In this document: piece after piece, positions 36,721 to 46,589 of the stretch
Layout of the letters: each line of letters opens with the position of its first letter
How positions within the stretch are numbered: position 1 is the first letter of the stretch
Assembly: GCA_964634935.1 (NCBI GenBank)
Contig: CAZWJT010000003.1
Span: forward strand, 52,323 to 116,322
Origin: an uncultured Planctomycetia bacterium
GTDB lineage: Bacteria; Omnitrophota; Gorgyraeia; Duberdicusellales; Duberdicusellaceae
Reading direction: 5' to 3'
DNA length: 64,000 bases
Notes under the pieces: generated by a model
Told to the model about the DNA's origin: nothing
The model's database searches: none
The model's input: the letters and a program-made list of their open reading frames with translations, nothing else
Position numbers and translations under genes: made by a program

Positions 36721-37531
36721 AATTATAGCCGAAGTTGCCTCGAATCATTCAGGAAACTTAGCTATTGCCAAAAAATTTATACAGGTTTCTGCGCGCTTGG
36801 GAGTTGATTATGTCAAATTTCAATCTTCTCGCTATGAAGATTTAGTGCGCAAGAACGATCCGCAGGCAGAATGGATAAAACGGACGTCACTCTCCGAGGA
36901 AGATCATCTATTTTTAATAGATGTTTGCAGGCGATCGGGGGTCTCTTTTTTGACAACCTGTTTTAGCTTAAGCAGAGTTTCTTTTCTCGGTTCGCTTGGC
37001 TTACGCGCTATTAAGGTAGCAAGCCCAGATCTTTTAAGCTTTGCGATGATTGAAAAATTGGCGCAATTCTTTCCCCGAATTTTTATTTCAACCGGCATGC
37101 ATTCAATCAAAGAAATCAAAGCCGCTATTAAATTTTTGTTAACCAATAAAATACCCGCAGTGCTTTTGTATACAGTATCCTTGTACCCTACCCCTTTGGA
37201 AAAATGTTTTATGCGTAAATTTCTTTGGCTGAAAGACCACTATCCTTTGGTCGGTTACAGCAACCATACAGCAACCATAACCCCGGCAAAATTTGCCATG
37301 GACCATGGCGCAAGCGTCATTGAAGCGCATATGAAACTCAGTGATTCTGGTCCTGGCAGGGTGACCCCGTGGGATATCAGTCCATCCGATTTTTCCGAGA
37401 TTATCAAGTACCGCGCCATGTTGCGTGAGTTTCTCGGCAATGCGCAGTGGCTTGCCAGTGAAAATTATCTTTTTCCGGAAGAGAGAAAAGCGAAACGGCG
37501 TTTTGTCGGGCGCTGGGGGGATAATGTCTAA
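36698..37531 (+). CDS. NeuB-family synthase lacking the C-terminal SAF domain
   Basis: IIAEVASNHSGN, KFQ, TIM-barrel body only (277 aa vs 358 aa for the upstream NeuB). Confidence 0.6.
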   Translation: MEKAFRCEIIAEVASNHSGNLAIAKKFIQVSARLGVDYVKFQSSRYEDLVRKNDPQAEWIKRTSLSEEDHLFLIDVCRRSGVSFLTTCFSLSRVSFLGSLGLRAIKVASPDLLSFAMIEKLAQFFPRIFISTGMHSIKEIKAAIKFLLTNKIPAVLLYTVSLYPTPLEKCFMRKFLWLKDHYPLVGYSNHTATITPAKFAMDHGASVIEAHMKLSDSGPGRVTPWDISPSDFSEIIKYRAMLREFLGNAQWLASENYLFPEERKAKRRFVGRWGDNV

Positions 37532-37533
37532 CT

Positions 37534-38373
37534 ATGGATTTATCAGATATCCAGAAAGAGCAACAGTTCAGCAGTTTTTCTTTCAGCGCATATCCTGCAA
37601 AAACACGATATCATGGAGATACCGCTGCACACTACAATATCCGCCGGGAGAAAAATCCTAAGTGGCGGAGAGAATTCGCAGCGCTTCGCAATATTCTTTC
37701 CGCCTGTCGTTCCGATTCGTCAATTTTGGACATCCCCGTGGGCACGGGACGTTTCATTCCGCTCTACAACAGCGGTTTTAGGAAAGTTTTCGGTTTTGAT
37801 GTATCTTTGGATATGGTGCGGCAGGCAATCGCTGGATACCCTGCTGGGAAAGTTTATTTCGGGGTAGGGGAAGCAGAAAAGATACCTTTCTGTGATAAAT
37901 CAATAGATTATCTTGTTTCCATCCGTTTCCTAAACTGGATTTCCACGGAGCATCTTCGGCACATCCTGCAGGAATATACACGGGTGGCTCGTCTAGGAAT
38001 TATTGTAAGCATCCGCGTTGAAGAAGCGTCAAAGGGAATAAGTGTTCTTTTCTGGTCTATCTACAATCTGATCCCCGCGGTTGTTCATGGAATTTTTCAG
38101 TTTCGGAAAACATTGTCGCGCTTCAAGAGTAGATTGCGAAAAATGAAATCTGCAGAGGTTTCTTGGGCATCTCAAGAAAACACGAAAATATCAAATGGAT
38201 ACGCGGTCCACAAGGGAGCAGATATTTTAGATATATTTTCTGCCTTGCAGCTTACTATCGAACGAGTTATCGACGTAGATGTTCCTTTTTCATATCGCAC
38301 GCGGACAATAAAACCATATCGATTTTATTTTTTGAAGTTTTCTGATGGTAAAAATTGTTCTTCATTAACATGA
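37534..38373 (+). CDS. class I SAM-dependent methyltransferase
   Basis: ILDIPVGTGRF motif I. Confidence 0.6.
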   Translation: MDLSDIQKEQQFSSFSFSAYPAKTRYHGDTAAHYNIRREKNPKWRREFAALRNILSACRSDSSILDIPVGTGRFIPLYNSGFRKVFGFDVSLDMVRQAIAGYPAGKVYFGVGEAEKIPFCDKSIDYLVSIRFLNWISTEHLRHILQEYTRVARLGIIVSIRVEEASKGISVLFWSIYNLIPAVVHGIFQFRKTLSRFKSRLRKMKSAEVSWASQENTKISNGYAVHKGADILDIFSALQLTIERVIDVDVPFSYRTRTIKPYRFYFLKFSDGKNCSSLT

Positions 38374-39164
38374 TTATTGAGCTTGCGGGTTTGTCCGGAG
38401 CCGGGAAGACAACGGCGTGCCAGATCATTGCTAGGACTCATGCGACAAGCAAGTTTATTCTAACCGCGCAATGGTACCGTTGGCTAAAGAAATTCAAAAT
38501 GGACAAGATTTTTTTAATTTTAACCACGGTTTATTTTCGTAAGATTGTACGGATTTTTTATCTCTACTCGCAACGCATACATCACAAGACTTTTTTTCAG
38601 TGGATTATCCATGTATTCAAAATATGCTTTCGGGCGCGCGCGGACCGTTATCAAAATCAAGCAGAGCCAGTTGCCGATATTCTCTTGCTGCTCAACAGAA
38701 TCATCGTTATCTACAGCATCGGATCATTAGAGACTTTTTTTCGCGGAAAACCTTTGCTGATCGATGATGGATTCATCCAACGAAGCGCAAGCATCTGGTT
38801 GCGTACCCCGCAAGAATTACAATCCGGAGTGCTTTCGGTTTATCGCGACTGTTTGCCATCCAAGATACGCTGTATTTTGATGGATTGTGATCCGGCTGAA
38901 GCCTTACAGAGGTCGAGGATCAGAGGGGACGAGCGCGCAGTCTTTAAGAGTTTCTCACAGAATTTTGAAAAGAAAGATTTATTTGATTCCTATAATGATA
39001 TGGCAGCGGTATTAAACTCATTGCAGACAGCTCGGCGGTTCCGGAACATCTCCCGTATATCGGTAGCAAACTCCGATAGTCCGCAGGTTCAAGCTGAGCT
39101 TGTGTGGAAAGTCGCCCAGCAACTTTCTGGAAACAATGACCTTCTTTGCTGGGCTTGTTGTTGA
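38370..39164 (+). CDS. P-loop NTPase-fold protein (kinase- or sulfotransferase-like), function unknown
   Basis: ELAGLSGAGKTT Walker A near N-terminus; ATGA-coupled start 38370. Confidence 0.35.
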   Translation: MIIELAGLSGAGKTTACQIIARTHATSKFILTAQWYRWLKKFKMDKIFLILTTVYFRKIVRIFYLYSQRIHHKTFFQWIIHVFKICFRARADRYQNQAEPVADILLLLNRIIVIYSIGSLETFFRGKPLLIDDGFIQRSASIWLRTPQELQSGVLSVYRDCLPSKIRCILMDCDPAEALQRSRIRGDERAVFKSFSQNFEKKDLFDSYNDMAAVLNSLQTARRFRNISRISVANSDSPQVQAELVWKVAQQLSGNNDLLCWACC

Positions 39165-39219
39165 CAGGCAGAGATCCGTACCAATGAGTAGCCGTGCATA
39201 GAGAGAAAGGCAATGCATT

Positions 39220-40092
39220 ATGGAACAGTTGCAGACAGTCAGCGTGATTATCCCGACCTTTCACCGTTACAAATATCTGGGGGATCTTCTCACGATGTTA
39301 TCAGATCAGACGGTCAAGCCTCTGGAAATAATTATTGTAGATCAGACGCCGGAGCAGGAGCGTCCAAAAGACTTTTATGAGCAATTTCAGGGGCATCTGC
39401 CGATCCGGAGAATTGATATCCAAAAGGCATCTCTTACGTATCCCAGGAATTTGGCGGCTCTCAGAGCGCTCGGTGCGTTTCTTTTATTTCTCGATGATGA
39501 TATCGTTATCGGGAAAGATTTTATTGAGGCGCATTTGAAGGTTATGAGAGAACAAAACGTTGATGTAGTAAATGGAGCGGTAACCCGAAAAGATCAGTTA
39601 CCTAAGGGTTATCCTTGGAATGTCAATGTACTTGACCCGGTGCGCTTTTTTCTTGCTGCTCCTAACTATCAGTGGGAGGGAATGATGCTAGGAGTTTCTT
39701 CATGCAATGTACTTATCAAGAAAGATTCCTTTCTCGCGGTCGGAGGATTTGATGAATATCTTCCACGGATGGTCGATTTTGAGTTGGGGTATCGTTTATT
39801 CCGGCATGGAGCAAAGATCTATTTTAGCTATAAGCCATTTGCCCGCCATCTGCGCGGGGAAGGGGGAAGCCGAAAGAATCCCAAGCACTATAATAAATTA
39901 GTTTCGGCTTTCTACATCCATTACAAGCATTTTCCTGGCTGGATCACTACGCAGTTTATGCTGAAACATATTATGACCTGGAAAATTTTCTTTAAGCCGT
40001 GGTTTCTGGTTATTCTTTGGATGGCTATGCGGCGGGCCAGGGTGCTCTTGAGGAGTTCAAAGGCCAAAAGAATAGCGGATTTGCATGGTTAA
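39220..40092 (+). CDS. family 2 glycosyltransferase
   Basis: VSVIIPTFHRYKYL and FLDDDI (DxD). Confidence 0.8.
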   Translation: MEQLQTVSVIIPTFHRYKYLGDLLTMLSDQTVKPLEIIIVDQTPEQERPKDFYEQFQGHLPIRRIDIQKASLTYPRNLAALRALGAFLLFLDDDIVIGKDFIEAHLKVMREQNVDVVNGAVTRKDQLPKGYPWNVNVLDPVRFFLAAPNYQWEGMMLGVSSCNVLIKKDSFLAVGGFDEYLPRMVDFELGYRLFRHGAKIYFSYKPFARHLRGEGGSRKNPKHYNKLVSAFYIHYKHFPGWITTQFMLKHIMTWKIFFKPWFLVILWMAMRRARVLLRSSKAKRIADLHG

Positions 40093-41533
40093 GAGCCCTC
40101 AGAAAACAATTCTCATTGCTACGCATCAAGGGTTTACCACGCGGTATCTTCTTCAGACGGATATTTTTCGGTTCCTGAAAAGCTATGGGAATCGAGTGGT
40201 GATTCTTTCTCCGAATAGCACAGATGAGAGTTTTCGCGCTGATTATGGCTCAGCCCAAGTGTCGATAGAACAATTCAATTATGAGGCAATCAACAAGGTT
40301 AGACAAAAGAAGCTTTACGCATTTTTTATTCAAATCAAGCGGTTTATCTTTCCCGGTGGTTGTGATTGTGCTACGCTGCATGATAAAGAAAGAGTCATCC
40401 GTTATCGCGTCAAGCATTTGCCTTGGATAAATCGTATTGGGGCGCTTATGCCTCTTTGGATTGCTTTTTTGTTGCGTAAGAGCGGAATGCTCCGGAAGAT
40501 ATTTCTTGGGCTCGAATCACTCGTTTTTTTTAAAGAATACCATGCAGCAGTATTCAATCGATATAAACCAGATATGCTTATTCTTGCTGATTTAGGAACT
40601 ATCGATATCAGCAATTTCCTCATGTATGAAGCACGGAAAAGGCGCATTCCGATTTTATCAATGATCTTAAGTTGGGATAATCTTACTGCAAAAGGCATAG
40701 GGAGTTTTAAGCCGGATTATGCCGTAGCCTGGAACGCAAACATGCGGCAGGAGCTTATTGCGTATCATGGAGTTTCTCCTCAGAATATTTTTGTTGGAGG
40801 CGTTCCTCATTTCGATGGGTACTTTCGTAAAGACGGTGTTATGCCAGAAGAAAATTTTCGTGAAATTTTCTCTCTCCACAAGACAGAAAAAATCATTTTC
40901 TACGGGACCGCCTCTCCTTCTAGTTTCAAAGAGAATGAGCGGATGGTTTTACTTTTGGCGGACGGCATCAGAAATAAAAAGTTTTCTTTTCCAGCCAAGC
41001 TGATCGTTCGCTTGCATCCGGCATATTTTATGAGAAAAAAAAATGCGCACAATGATGAGTTTGCTTCGATCGAGAAGATTTCACGGGAGCATAGCGACAT
41101 AGTTCGTTTGAATTTTCCCAAACTTATTCCTCGTACGGTGGGGTTTGAGTTACCCATCCAGGACCAGTATCTGTTAGGGTCGATCTTGCGATACTCGAAT
41201 ATTCTTATCACGCAATTTTCAACGCTTATGTTGGAAGCCGCTATTTTTGATACTCCGATTGTGAATATCGGGTTCGATAATTTTAGGAACATCGAAATGA
41301 AAAGTTCGGAGCTCTATTGGCGGAATCACCTGCGAAGAGTCCTCGAAACCGGTTTTGCCCGTACGGCAGAAACCGAAAAAGAGCTTATCGACCTTATCAA
41401 TCTATACGTAAGAGACCCGCAGCTTGACAGCGAAAAGCGTAAATTGATTTGTGAGCAGGAATGCAGCGTTTATGCGGGTAAAGCGGGGGAGACGATTGCT
41501 TCGTATATACAGCTGCTTCTGTCAGAAATGTAA
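40085..41533 (+). CDS. large GT-B-like transferase of uncertain family (TagF/glycerophosphotransferase-like?)
   Basis: 482 aa, no TM; weak resemblance to CDP-glycerol glycerophosphotransferase C-terminal region. Confidence 0.3.
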   Translation: MVKSPQKTILIATHQGFTTRYLLQTDIFRFLKSYGNRVVILSPNSTDESFRADYGSAQVSIEQFNYEAINKVRQKKLYAFFIQIKRFIFPGGCDCATLHDKERVIRYRVKHLPWINRIGALMPLWIAFLLRKSGMLRKIFLGLESLVFFKEYHAAVFNRYKPDMLILADLGTIDISNFLMYEARKRRIPILSMILSWDNLTAKGIGSFKPDYAVAWNANMRQELIAYHGVSPQNIFVGGVPHFDGYFRKDGVMPEENFREIFSLHKTEKIIFYGTASPSSFKENERMVLLLADGIRNKKFSFPAKLIVRLHPAYFMRKKNAHNDEFASIEKISREHSDIVRLNFPKLIPRTVGFELPIQDQYLLGSILRYSNILITQFSTLMLEAAIFDTPIVNIGFDNFRNIEMKSSELYWRNHLRRVLETGFARTAETEKELIDLINLYVRDPQLDSEKRKLICEQECSVYAGKAGETIASYIQLLLSEM

Positions 41534-41544
41534 ACTCGGAAGCC

Positions 41545-42132
41545 ATGGAAAGATTTCTGAATCATTCATACGATACAAAAAAAAGGCTATTTTCTTATTG
41601 GCATCAGATGGATGAAATAGAAAAAACGCAGCCTGAGAGTGTTCTTGAGATAGGCATAGGCAGTGGTTTTTTAAAGAAGTACTTGGATGGAAAATACAAG
41701 TATCATACGCTTGATATCGCGCAAGATCTCCATCCTGATTGTGTCGGATCAGTTCTTCATTTGCCGTTTCTTAGCCAGAGTTTTTCGGTTGTTCTGTGCT
41801 GTGAAGTGTTGGAGCACTTGTCCTTTGATCTTTTTCCTTCTTCGTTGCAAGAATTACGCCGGGTAGCGCGGAAAAGAATTATACTCTCTCTGCCTGACCG
41901 GCGTCCATTCCTTTCTCTACAGCTGCCACTTTTGGGAAAACAGGCCATTTACTCCCCATTCTTTACTCCTCCGCACACTGTTTCCATCCGTGAGCATCAG
42001 TGGGAAGTCAATACGCGGAAGGTTTCACTACAAGATATCATCGTATGTTTCGAGCAGGCGCGCCTGAAGCTGATAAGAACCTACCAGGTATTTGAAAATT
42101 ACAAACATAGGTTTTTTATATTGGAAACGTAG
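41545..42132 (+). CDS. class I SAM-dependent methyltransferase
   Basis: VLEIGIGSGFL motif I, Methyltransf_11-like length. Confidence 0.65.
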   Translation: MERFLNHSYDTKKRLFSYWHQMDEIEKTQPESVLEIGIGSGFLKKYLDGKYKYHTLDIAQDLHPDCVGSVLHLPFLSQSFSVVLCCEVLEHLSFDLFPSSLQELRRVARKRIILSLPDRRPFLSLQLPLLGKQAIYSPFFTPPHTVSIREHQWEVNTRKVSLQDIIVCFEQARLKLIRTYQVFENYKHRFFILET

Positions 42133-42148
42133 CGCTCCCAAAGAGTCT

Positions 42149-43492
42149 ATGAATATCATTTTTTTTATCAGAAGGTTTAACGACATCGATCATATTGTTC
42201 CCATTGTCTATCGGATTGCGAAGGATCGTTCCGCAATTCCGTATGTATTTTCGCTCAATCCCGCACTCGATATCGAGCATGATTTTCGGCTACGGTTTTT
42301 ACAAGATCAATATCAGGTCAAGGTTGATTTTGTCTACAATGCGTATCGGGATAGTTTTTGCTATGCGCTTGGGTCATTTTTAGTATCGAGCCGGTTTGTC
42401 CGGATGCGCATGGCGGATTGGTCAATGTGTCTGAAAAAAATATTTATAAAGCAATGTTTAGATTCTTATTTTAAAAATTTATTTTTCATATTTCTCTTCC
42501 CTTGCTGGTTGTTATACAACAAGACGCTGTATCCTTTTTTCTGCAGGCAGGGGCTTACAAGAATCTTTTCTGGAAACTGGGGCATAAAAATTCTCAAGAA
42601 GTACCAGCCCAAAGTTCTTGTTTTTGATCGGGTTAAGAAAGAACAGTATGTGACACAGTCTCTTGTCGATGCCGCAAAAAAATTAAAAATTCCTCTGATT
42701 GCCGTTCCGCATGGCTTAAATCTTATTGTCAACCTCCTGCAGCGGGATAGCGATGTCCAGAGAAACGAACCGACTGACTATGGCGAGAAATCAGGATTTT
42801 TTGATTTTCTTATTGTTCAATTTGCTGCTTACAAGAATTTGCTTGTTCAGGCAGGGATTGATCCGCAAAGAATAAAAGTATTGGGTAGTACGCGTTTTTG
42901 CCGCGAGTGGAGGAAAGTATATCATAGCATCGCCCCGGCATATGAAAATGTTCTTCCTTCTTCTCCGGGAAAACTGAAGGTCGTATTTATGGAGTACCCG
43001 TACATGTATCGTATCCATAAAGACGTGGTTGCTGAGACCATGCTTTCTGTATCAAAGCTGCCATTTATCCATCTCGTCATAAAACCACACACCCGCTCAA
43101 ATAAACTCTATGCGCAGGAATTTGAGTCAGGCGGTAAGATAACGATTGCTTACGATATTCCTTCCGTTACGCTGTGCACATGGGCTGATGTGGTGGTTGG
43201 TACTACCTCAAGTATTTTGTTAGAGCCCTTGTTAAATAATAAAGTTTTGTTGTATCCAAAGTTTTTTCATGAGAATATAATGTTGTTTGAAAAGATGAGA
43301 GCTTGTTGGGTTGTTCAGACGGCTCAGGAACTGCTCCAGGCACTCAAGGAGCTCTCTCGGGATTCGCGCCAACGCCCCTACTTACAAACAGACGTTGATT
43401 CGTTCATTACCGAGGTTGTGTACGGCGGGGTACAAAAGCGGGATGTTTTGGGTGAGTATGTGGATTTTATCCGGGCTGTCGCAGAACCGTAG
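42149..43492 (+). CDS. hypothetical protein, possible GT-B-like transferase
   Basis: About 448 aa; C-terminal region (VVVGTTSSILLEPLLNNKVLLY) resembles GT-B C-domains; start uncertain (42092 or 42149). Confidence 0.3.
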   Translation: MNIIFFIRRFNDIDHIVPIVYRIAKDRSAIPYVFSLNPALDIEHDFRLRFLQDQYQVKVDFVYNAYRDSFCYALGSFLVSSRFVRMRMADWSMCLKKIFIKQCLDSYFKNLFFIFLFPCWLLYNKTLYPFFCRQGLTRIFSGNWGIKILKKYQPKVLVFDRVKKEQYVTQSLVDAAKKLKIPLIAVPHGLNLIVNLLQRDSDVQRNEPTDYGEKSGFFDFLIVQFAAYKNLLVQAGIDPQRIKVLGSTRFCREWRKVYHSIAPAYENVLPSSPGKLKVVFMEYPYMYRIHKDVVAETMLSVSKLPFIHLVIKPHTRSNKLYAQEFESGGKITIAYDIPSVTLCTWADVVVGTTSSILLEPLLNNKVLLYPKFFHENIMLFEKMRACWVVQTAQELLQALKELSRDSRQRPYLQTDVDSFITEVVYGGVQKRDVLGEYVDFIRAVAEP

Positions 43493-43503
43493 AGCAGAGG
43501 AGG

Positions 43504-44292
43504 ATGATGATGAAAGTAGTAATTCTTTGCGGAGGATTGGGGACTCGCCTTCGAGAAGAAACAGAATTCCGTCCTAAGCCGATGATAGAGATAGGCGGGA
43601 AACCGATTCTTTGGCATATTATGCGCATCTATAGCCATTTTGGCTTTAAGGAGTTTATCCTCTGCTTGGGGTATAAAGGCGAGATGATCAAAGAGTACTT
43701 TTATAACTATGAGATTTTGAGCAACGATTTTACGATTGAACTTGGGAAAAGAGAAAGCATCGAGATGCATGCTGCGTCACGCGAGGTGGGATGGAAGATT
43801 ACCTTTGCCGATACAGGAGACGCAGCATTGAAGGGGGCTCGGTTAAAGCGCATTGAAAAATATATCACCGGTGATACGTTTATGGTTACCTATGGAGATG
43901 GTCTTGCGGATGTCGATATCCCTGGGCTTCTTAAATTTCACAAACGGCATAAGAAGATTGCTACAGTGACCGGCGTAAATGCGGCTGCCCGTTTTGGAGA
44001 ACTTAAAATTCAGAACGGCCGTGTTGCGAAATTCTTTGAGAAACGCACTGCGCATAAAGAATTTATCAATGGTGGTTTTTTTGTATTCGATAAAAGAATA
44101 TTCCGGTATCTTGAAGATAAAGATTCTTGCGATCTCGAGTACGGCATTCTTGAACAACTTGCCGCTCGGCAGGAACTAGTCGCTTATTTACACCGTGGTT
44201 TCTGGGCATGTATGGATACCTTGCGAGACGTGGAATATCTGAATCAGTTATGGCATAAGAATCGAGCTGACTGGAAAGTATGGGATGGGTAA
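43504..44292 (+). CDS. rfbF: glucose-1-phosphate cytidylyltransferase
   Basis: KVVILCGGLGTRLREETEFRPKPMIEIGGKPILWHIM classic RfbF/DdhA N-terminus. Confidence 0.9.
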   Translation: MMMKVVILCGGLGTRLREETEFRPKPMIEIGGKPILWHIMRIYSHFGFKEFILCLGYKGEMIKEYFYNYEILSNDFTIELGKRESIEMHAASREVGWKITFADTGDAALKGARLKRIEKYITGDTFMVTYGDGLADVDIPGLLKFHKRHKKIATVTGVNAAARFGELKIQNGRVAKFFEKRTAHKEFINGGFFVFDKRIFRYLEDKDSCDLEYGILEQLAARQELVAYLHRGFWACMDTLRDVEYLNQLWHKNRADWKVWDG

Positions 44293-45368
44293 TGGAGCAT
44301 TTAGCGGCTTTTTATCGGGGCAGGCGCGTTCTCATTACTGGGCATACTGGTTTTAAGGGGGCTTGGCTTTCATTCTTGCTAAAGCATTTGAAAGCCGAAG
44401 TCATCGGGTATGCGCTTCCTCCCCCAACAAATCCAAATTTATTCTCCATTCTTCATTTGGAAGGTAAGATGCATTCAGTTCTCGGAGACGTCTGCGACTG
44501 TAAAAATCTTTTCAAGATGATCAGGCGATATAAGCCGGAATTAATCTTTCATATGGCGGCGCAGTCATTAGTCAAACGGTCATATCTTGCGCCACGCGCA
44601 ACTTTCGCGACAAATATTATGGGCACTGTCCATGTCTGTGAAGCGGTGCGTATGTATCAGTTTATTCGCGCCCTTGTGGTAGTGACAAGCGATAAATGTT
44701 ATGAGCAATCTTCCGGTAAAAAAATATTTTCTGAAGAGGATTCTATGGGTGGATTTGATCCCTATAGTTCAAGCAAAGGTTGTGCCGAACTTGTTGTACG
44801 AGCTTATGAGCGTTCTTATTTTTCAAAGGTTTCCACAGTTTCTGGAGCAATAGCTTCAGCGCGTGCCGGAAATGTTATAGGCGGCGGAGACTGGGCCGTC
44901 GATCGGATTATTCCAGATTGCGTCCGAGCGTTTCTCAAGAACAAACCCATTGTCGTTCGGTGTCCTGATTCTGTGCGTCCCTGGCAGCATGTGTTCGATC
45001 CTCTTTATGGATATCTTCTTCTTGGGAAAAACCTTCTTGAATCTGGAAAGAAGTTTAGCGGGGGATGGAATTTTGGGCCCTGTGAAGGCCGGAAAACCGT
45101 CAAGTGGCTTGTTACATATATGATACGCTTGTGGGGTAGAACCAGCGGCTGGATACCAGATAAAACAACACATCCCCATGAAGCGGAATATCTGCGGCTT
45201 AATTGTCAAAAAGCAAACAAAAAATTACGTTGGTTTGCATCGTGGAACATTACCAGAGCCGTGCGAGAGACGATGGCATGGTACAAGGCTTATTATGCCA
45301 AGGTTGATATGTGGGATTTCTCGTTGGGACAGTTGAGCCAATATATCGCAGGAAGGGTGAAGCGATGA
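44292..45368 (+). CDS. rfbG: CDP-glucose 4,6-dehydratase
   Basis: FYRGRRVLITGHTGFKGAWL, YSSSK; TAATG overlap with rfbF. Confidence 0.85.
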   Translation: MEHLAAFYRGRRVLITGHTGFKGAWLSFLLKHLKAEVIGYALPPPTNPNLFSILHLEGKMHSVLGDVCDCKNLFKMIRRYKPELIFHMAAQSLVKRSYLAPRATFATNIMGTVHVCEAVRMYQFIRALVVVTSDKCYEQSSGKKIFSEEDSMGGFDPYSSSKGCAELVVRAYERSYFSKVSTVSGAIASARAGNVIGGGDWAVDRIIPDCVRAFLKNKPIVVRCPDSVRPWQHVFDPLYGYLLLGKNLLESGKKFSGGWNFGPCEGRKTVKWLVTYMIRLWGRTSGWIPDKTTHPHEAEYLRLNCQKANKKLRWFASWNITRAVRETMAWYKAYYAKVDMWDFSLGQLSQYIAGRVKR

Positions 45369-46588
45369 ATTGCAGGTTTTGTGATACTCCATTGAACTTT
45401 CTTTTTATTTCTTTAGGTTTTTCCCCACTCGCCAATGCGTATCTCTCTGAAGAAGATCTCGGGCGCAAAGAATCATTCTATCCGCTGGATGTTTATATCT
45501 GCCACAACTGTTTTCTTGTCCAATTAGCTGAGTTTGAGGATCCGCAAGCGATCTTCCGCACGTACGCCTATTTTTCTTCGTATGCTGATGCCTGGCTTGA
45601 GCATGCAAAGATGTATGTTGATTCGATAGTCCCTTTTTTAGGCTTGCGTCCGTCTTCCTGTGTCGTTGAGATCGCCAGTAACGATGGCTATCTTCTGCAG
45701 TATTTTGTAGAGAAAAACATACCGGTATTAGGAATAGAACCAGCAGAAAATATTGCCAAGGTTGCACAAGAAAAAGGCATACCTACGGAGATTGCTTTTT
45801 TTGGAAGTTCCTATGCTCAAAGGCTTGTTGAACAGGGGAAATCTGCTGATCTTATCGTGGGGAATAATGTTCTTGCTCATGTTCCCAAATTGAATGATTT
45901 TGTTTGCGGCCTTAAGATTCTTCTGAAACCCCGCGGGGTTATTACTATGGAATTTCCTCATCTTCTGAAGCTCATTGAGGGGCTGCAGTTTGATACTATC
46001 TATCACGAGCATTTTTCTTATTTTTCTTTTTCGACAGTGCGTCGTATTTTCGATACCGCAGGACTTAAGATTTTCCGCGTGGAAGAAATTCCCACCCACG
46101 GGGGATCGTTACGTATTTACGCCGCGCATAAGGAGAATCAAGAGCGGTCCATAGAACGATCCGTTGAACTTTTAAACGAAAAAGAACTTTTAAATGGATA
46201 TCATGAAGTTAAGAAATACCTTCTTTTTGCTGAACAGGTAAGGGCATTAAAATACGCTTCGCTGCAATTTTTCATCGAGGCAAAACGGCAAGGGAAGAAA
46301 ATCGTAGGTTATGGGGCTGCTGCCAAGGGCAATACTTTTCTTAATTACTGCGGCATCGGACGAGATTTTCTCGATTATACCGTCGATAAAAATATGTATA
46401 AACAGGGGAAATTTCTTCCGGGAACTCATGTTCCGATTGTAGCTCCGGAAATGTTAAAAAAGACAAAACCAGATTATATTTTTATACTAGCCTGGAATTT
46501 GAAAGAAGAAATTATCAAGCAGCTTGGTTATGTGCGTTCATGGGGCGGTAAATTTGTAACGGCAGTTCCTTCAATGACGGTTCTCTAG
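45365..46588 (+). CDS. TylC3-type NDP-hexose C-methyltransferase family protein
   Basis: N-terminal CRFC...CHNC zinc-ribbon, VVEIASNDGYL SAM motif, C-terminal C-methyltransferase-type domain. Confidence 0.65.
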   Translation: MNCRFCDTPLNFLFISLGFSPLANAYLSEEDLGRKESFYPLDVYICHNCFLVQLAEFEDPQAIFRTYAYFSSYADAWLEHAKMYVDSIVPFLGLRPSSCVVEIASNDGYLLQYFVEKNIPVLGIEPAENIAKVAQEKGIPTEIAFFGSSYAQRLVEQGKSADLIVGNNVLAHVPKLNDFVCGLKILLKPRGVITMEFPHLLKLIEGLQFDTIYHEHFSYFSFSTVRRIFDTAGLKIFRVEEIPTHGGSLRIYAAHKENQERSIERSVELLNEKELLNGYHEVKKYLLFAEQVRALKYASLQFFIEAKRQGKKIVGYGAAAKGNTFLNYCGIGRDFLDYTVDKNMYKQGKFLPGTHVPIVAPEMLKKTKPDYIFILAWNLKEEIIKQLGYVRSWGGKFVTAVPSMTVL

Positions 46589-46589
46589 T

